From assembly GCA_030704615.1 (NCBI GenBank), contig CM060733.1, positions 54,250,001 through 54,314,000 on the forward strand: a DNA stretch of 64,000 bases, given 5' to 3'. The notes below the pieces were generated by a model, which saw only the letters and a list, made by a program, of their open reading frames with translations, did no database searches and had not been told where the DNA came from. Made by a program: the position numbers and the translations under genes. Of this stretch, positions 60,061 through 64,000 are shown piece after piece; the first letter of the stretch is position 1; every line of letters begins with the position of its first letter. The stretch is from Takakia lepidozioides. Lineage: Eukaryota; Plantae; Bryophyta.

Positions 60061-62184
60061 ATGGGGAAGAGGAAATCCGCAGCGAAGCCGCCGCCGAAGA
60101 GAGGTCAGGAGAAGCTGGCCACTGTTTTCAGCTGCCCCTTTTGCAATCATGACAACAGTGTCGAGTGCCGCATGTGAGTGTTCAAACTTATTTTGGTTCA
60201 AGTAGGTTTTGGAGCCCAACTCATCTGTCTGGTTTCTTGGCGGTCTTAACAAATTTTAAAGACCTCACGAATTTACGCGTTCGGAACCAACCGCATGGGC
60301 TAAGTCACCTTCAGGCTGTATGGCCGCGAGTTGGGTGTCTTTTGAGTTAATAGGTATAATTGTGCATAGAATATGGGGGTGTCCCTCTCCTGTAAATGAA
60401 TAGAAGACAAGGTGCTTTCCTTTTATGCCCGGCAGTTGGGGATCTCCTCAAACTCCCCCTTGTGAAATAGGTAGTCAAATTCGTGTTTTGTTTGATTAGC
60501 TGGCTTGCAAATTTACATCTGTCTATAATGTGCACTCTCTACAGGTGGACTAGAGTGCTTGAGTTCTAGCCTGCTTGTTATGTTTAGGGGGGTGTGGCAA
60601 GCTCTAGTTTCGGTGCTTCTTTTGTTTCTGAAGAAGCCAGGATGCATTCAGAAAAATCTGTGAATGTTGATGAGAAAGATTCCCTAGTCTGGGTGAAGTA
60701 GCCCGTGGAAACTCTATAGTGCTTGTTCCTTCCCATGGAAGCCATATATGCCCAATTCAGTGTTGTAATCTCTGGAAGTACTGTAGGGTCAAGTAAAAAG
60801 CTTGTGGGCCATTTGACTTGGCACTTGTCCAATCTCAAGTTTATCTGAAGTCAGTGGTGTATTCATTATGACCATAGGCTTTGATTTATCAATCACTTGT
60901 TCGAGCAATGTTTGAAGCTTGGCTGTTGATTACCAGGGACCGGAAGGACCAAGTTGGGGAAGCATCCTGCCGAATATGCCAAGAGAAGTTTAGTACACCC
61001 ATTGATGGTATGCCCATTCTTTACTGGGGATGCTGGCTGGCTATTGTTGGAGAGACTGATTCTGTGGGCTTTGAGCAGGCTTTTTCTGCTTGAACACTCT
61101 CAGTGTTTTTCTGAAGAGATTAGGCTCTGAGTTCAGAGTGCTGGAAGTTTAGTGGTTTGGAGCATCTCTCACTTCTTGTTTGCAGCAGGTGCAAGAGTAG
61201 CAAACCTTCAGAATTTGCAGAGAGAGTTAATTGTTGTCCATGTCTGAACTACAGTTGCTGACATTTTTGTCTGGGTGCTGATTCACTTGGTATGTTTTGG
61301 TTTGGGTTCTGGTTTGGCAGCTTTGAGCGAGCCCATTGACGTGTACGTATTCTCCCCCCTTCCTGATAGATCTAGGGTCTTTGTGTTTAATAATGTCAGA
61401 TAACCTTGTTGTAAAGATTGGAAGGGGAGACGGCATAGGACTGGAAGCATTAGAGTGGGTTGGGTGGGTATGTCATAACGCAAGTCACACCCTCTTCATC
61501 TCTCTATCTCCTAACTGTGATTGATAGTGCAACCACAGACCACATGTGGCACATTTGTTGCAAGCTAGAGGGTTGGAGTAGCAGTTTCAGGATTTGACAG
61601 CATGCTTTCTAGTGTGATTTTGATGTCACTGAATATATTATAAACGCAAATCCTGAATTGGATTGTTTATGGCTGTATATATGTGCAATGGCAATTTCAT
61701 GCTGTTTCATATGTTTTGAAATCTCATGACTAGCTTCAGGAGGGTAAGTAGCCTGCAGGGGTCTGTTCCTCTTATCTTCTGGTTTTATCTTCTCTTCCCA
61801 AGTGTTCTCTAATCACTTAGCTGAAAGAGTTCTCTCTAATCTGTTCCTTTAAAACCTTGCTCGCTTGGCTTGAGCAGGTATAGCATAGGACAAGGGAAAT
61901 GGTTTTCTTGACTTTCTTTACCCAGCATGGCTAGGCCAGTTGTGCTGTCCATGTCTGTGCTCGCCTTTGTTTGTAGCTTAGGGCTTGCGCCTGCTGGGCC
62001 ACACCCAACCATGTCACGTGCTCCTAATTCCAGTTGGTTACAGATATTTGCTTCGGCTGGGACGGCATCTTGTTTGGATTATCTAATAGTGTTTTCAACT
62101 GGGTTATTGTTTCCCTCCTGTGGGGCTGTGTTCAGTTACAGCGACTGGATTGATGAATGCGAGCGCATCAATAATGGAGCATAG
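60061..62184 (+). CDS. ELF1: Transcription elongation factor 1 homolog (Elf1/ELOF1); exons 60061-60173, 60937-61007, 61321-61342, 62136-62184
   Basis: Spliced product [84 protein letters not shown]; all introns GT-AG, frame preserved. Confidence 0.97.
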
Positions 62185-63067
62185 TCTCCTTTTATTTTAT
62201 CAAGACTTATGTATCTTTCTGATATTTACACCCTTCTGTTGTTACCAGAGCACCCAGTTGGATCAGAGGGACTGCCCTGGATAAATTGGTATTACATGTT
62301 ATCTGAAATTCTGACATGAGGAAAGGTCCTCAATTTTGGTTGCAAGAACTGATGGAAGATGAGTCCGGTGGTCCTTGGATTCAGATACCAACCATGGGCT
62401 GGATGGACCCGTAGGAAACAGACATACCCACAACCATCAAGCTCTGGCCTTTACTTCTCCTAGGCCTAGACTTTTGGCTTGTGTAGAGTGGCTTGTTTGT
62501 GGCAAACTGGTCAAATAAGTTTGTTAATTACTTGAATGATGGGATCGAACCTAGTCTTGGGTACATCAATTACAGTGCCTCTTATATATGTGGATCAGCC
62601 TTAAGGCATCATGCATGCAGACACGCCACTGGACCGAGAAAGCAGTAGCCAGTTAGATTCAAGTCTATAGCCATTAACTTCAGCATGCATCGTACTGTAT
62701 TGTGTTTTCTCTTTCAAGTTTTATGTTGAACAACTACAGATGATGACTGGGTTGATTTTCTCTCATGAATGTCTGTTGTAGTTGTCAAGGCAAATGGGCA
62801 AAGCAATACTGTTCAATGCCCACTGGAATATCTACTTTAAGTCCTCTTTTCAGTTTTGGAATATAATATGGTAATATTGGGTCAGAGGTTTAATAGCCAA
62901 ACAAAGAACCAAATGAAGTGTACCTACCATGCAGTCAACCAATGACTTGGCAACCATGTCTTGAATTTGAAATCCCATTTGTTTGCGATTGGAATTTGTG
63001 GAAGGGTGCCTCTAGTCTCCAGAATTTGAGATGTTTTAAGATTTTAATTGGCACCATTTCTCATCGA

Positions 63068-63141
63068 GTCTGGGTGGTGTAGTTGGTCATCACGCTAGTC
63101 TCACACACTAGAGGTCCCCGGTTCGAACCCGGGCTCAGACA
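63068..63141 (+). tRNA. tRNA-Val(CAC)
   Basis: Acceptor GTCTGGG/CTCAGAC, anticodon stem CTAGT-CT CAC AC-ACTAG, T-loop GTTCGAAC, downstream T-run terminator. Confidence 0.97.
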
Positions 63142-63689
63142 CTTTTTGTCGTCTTTCCTCTGCATCCGAGCGGTCATTGTGAGTGGATAGATTATGCAAG
63201 GCGTACAATTCTCTTTTCATATTTTCTTGGATTTGACCTCCAAGGACAAAGCCTGGGGGCAGAAAATGAAGGAAATTTAAAGTAAGAATTTTAACTTCCG
63301 CTCCCCCTGCCCTTGCTGAAATTACAGTGTAATCCAGAATTAGAGCAACATAACTCAGAGGCAGTTGGGGCAGTCACTATATTGACAAAGGGGACTAGAT
63401 TTGAGCTTCATATGTATAGATTTTCTTTTCTTTTTTTCTCTTTTTTTTAAGGGAAGTATAGAATCGTTTTACATGAAATCCAGTTGTCCTATCCTCGATA
63501 GATAATGGTTAAGAGAGGGGCCGTATTATTACTAACCTCTCTCTAGCATGTGGAACGGTGGGACTTGCTAACCCTAATTCAGTCATGCGAATATTCCTTT
63601 TTATTTTTACGGTAGCTTCTATTTGCGTGGAGAGTTTGCTTCGGAAATTAGACCACTACTAAGATTTCACTGAAGTTGCCCTACATTCA

Positions 63690-63900
63690 GCCAACCCTGG
63701 ACAAGCACATTGGAATGCAGTAAAAAGAATTTTCTGATATGTTAAAGGCTCATAATGGTAATGCTCAAGGTACTACATATCTACCTCATCACTCTAGTCC
63801 TACTATTTTAAATTATTGTGATATTGTCCATTGGGCATAGGGACGAAAATCGACTACTGGTTATGTCTTTTTACTTGGTGGTGGCGCTATCTATTGTGCG
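63690..63900 (+). mobile_element. Degenerate Ty1/Copia RT-RNase H relic
   Basis: QAHWNAVKRIF*YVKG and TTGYVFLLGGGAI. Confidence 0.8.
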
Positions 63901-64000
63901 GTTGTAGGTACTAATTTTTTGATTTTTTTAATTAACTGCAACTGCCAAATATTGGTGGTTGTAGGTGTGTTTTATAATGTATAAATAGAGACGTAGCATG

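Overview
Eukaryotic plant genomic DNA. The PLS-PPR style, the TE families and the GC content suggest a seed-free plant such as a bryophyte, but this is an inference. About 59 kb (~304-59419) lies between two ~270-bp GC-rich inverted repeats, and a Mutator-like (MULE) transposase remnant sits directly inside the left one, so this reads as a giant composite DNA-transposon locus. Inside are a Ulp1 protease gene, a second MULE/SWIM transposase half, CACTA parts (TnpD, two TnpA-like pieces, and two termini facing outward that share the flanking triplet ATA), captured host-gene fragments (eIF4A, PLS-PPR, RbgA-type GTPase, MDAR), and a ~117-bp palindrome-containing satellite. There are also two Ty3/Gypsy elements. 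One has extra ORFs and an internally inverted pol. The other has a DNMT3-like C5-cytosine methyltransferase following Gag-protease and a PHD finger on its integrase, which is the most striking item. Almost everything inside the repeats is pseudogenised, inverted or shuffled. The right flank is ordinary: an intact four-exon ELF1 gene, tRNA-Val(CAC) and a Copia relic. Coordinates were read by eye and boundaries are approximate unless stated. Family assignments rest on recalled motifs, not database searches.
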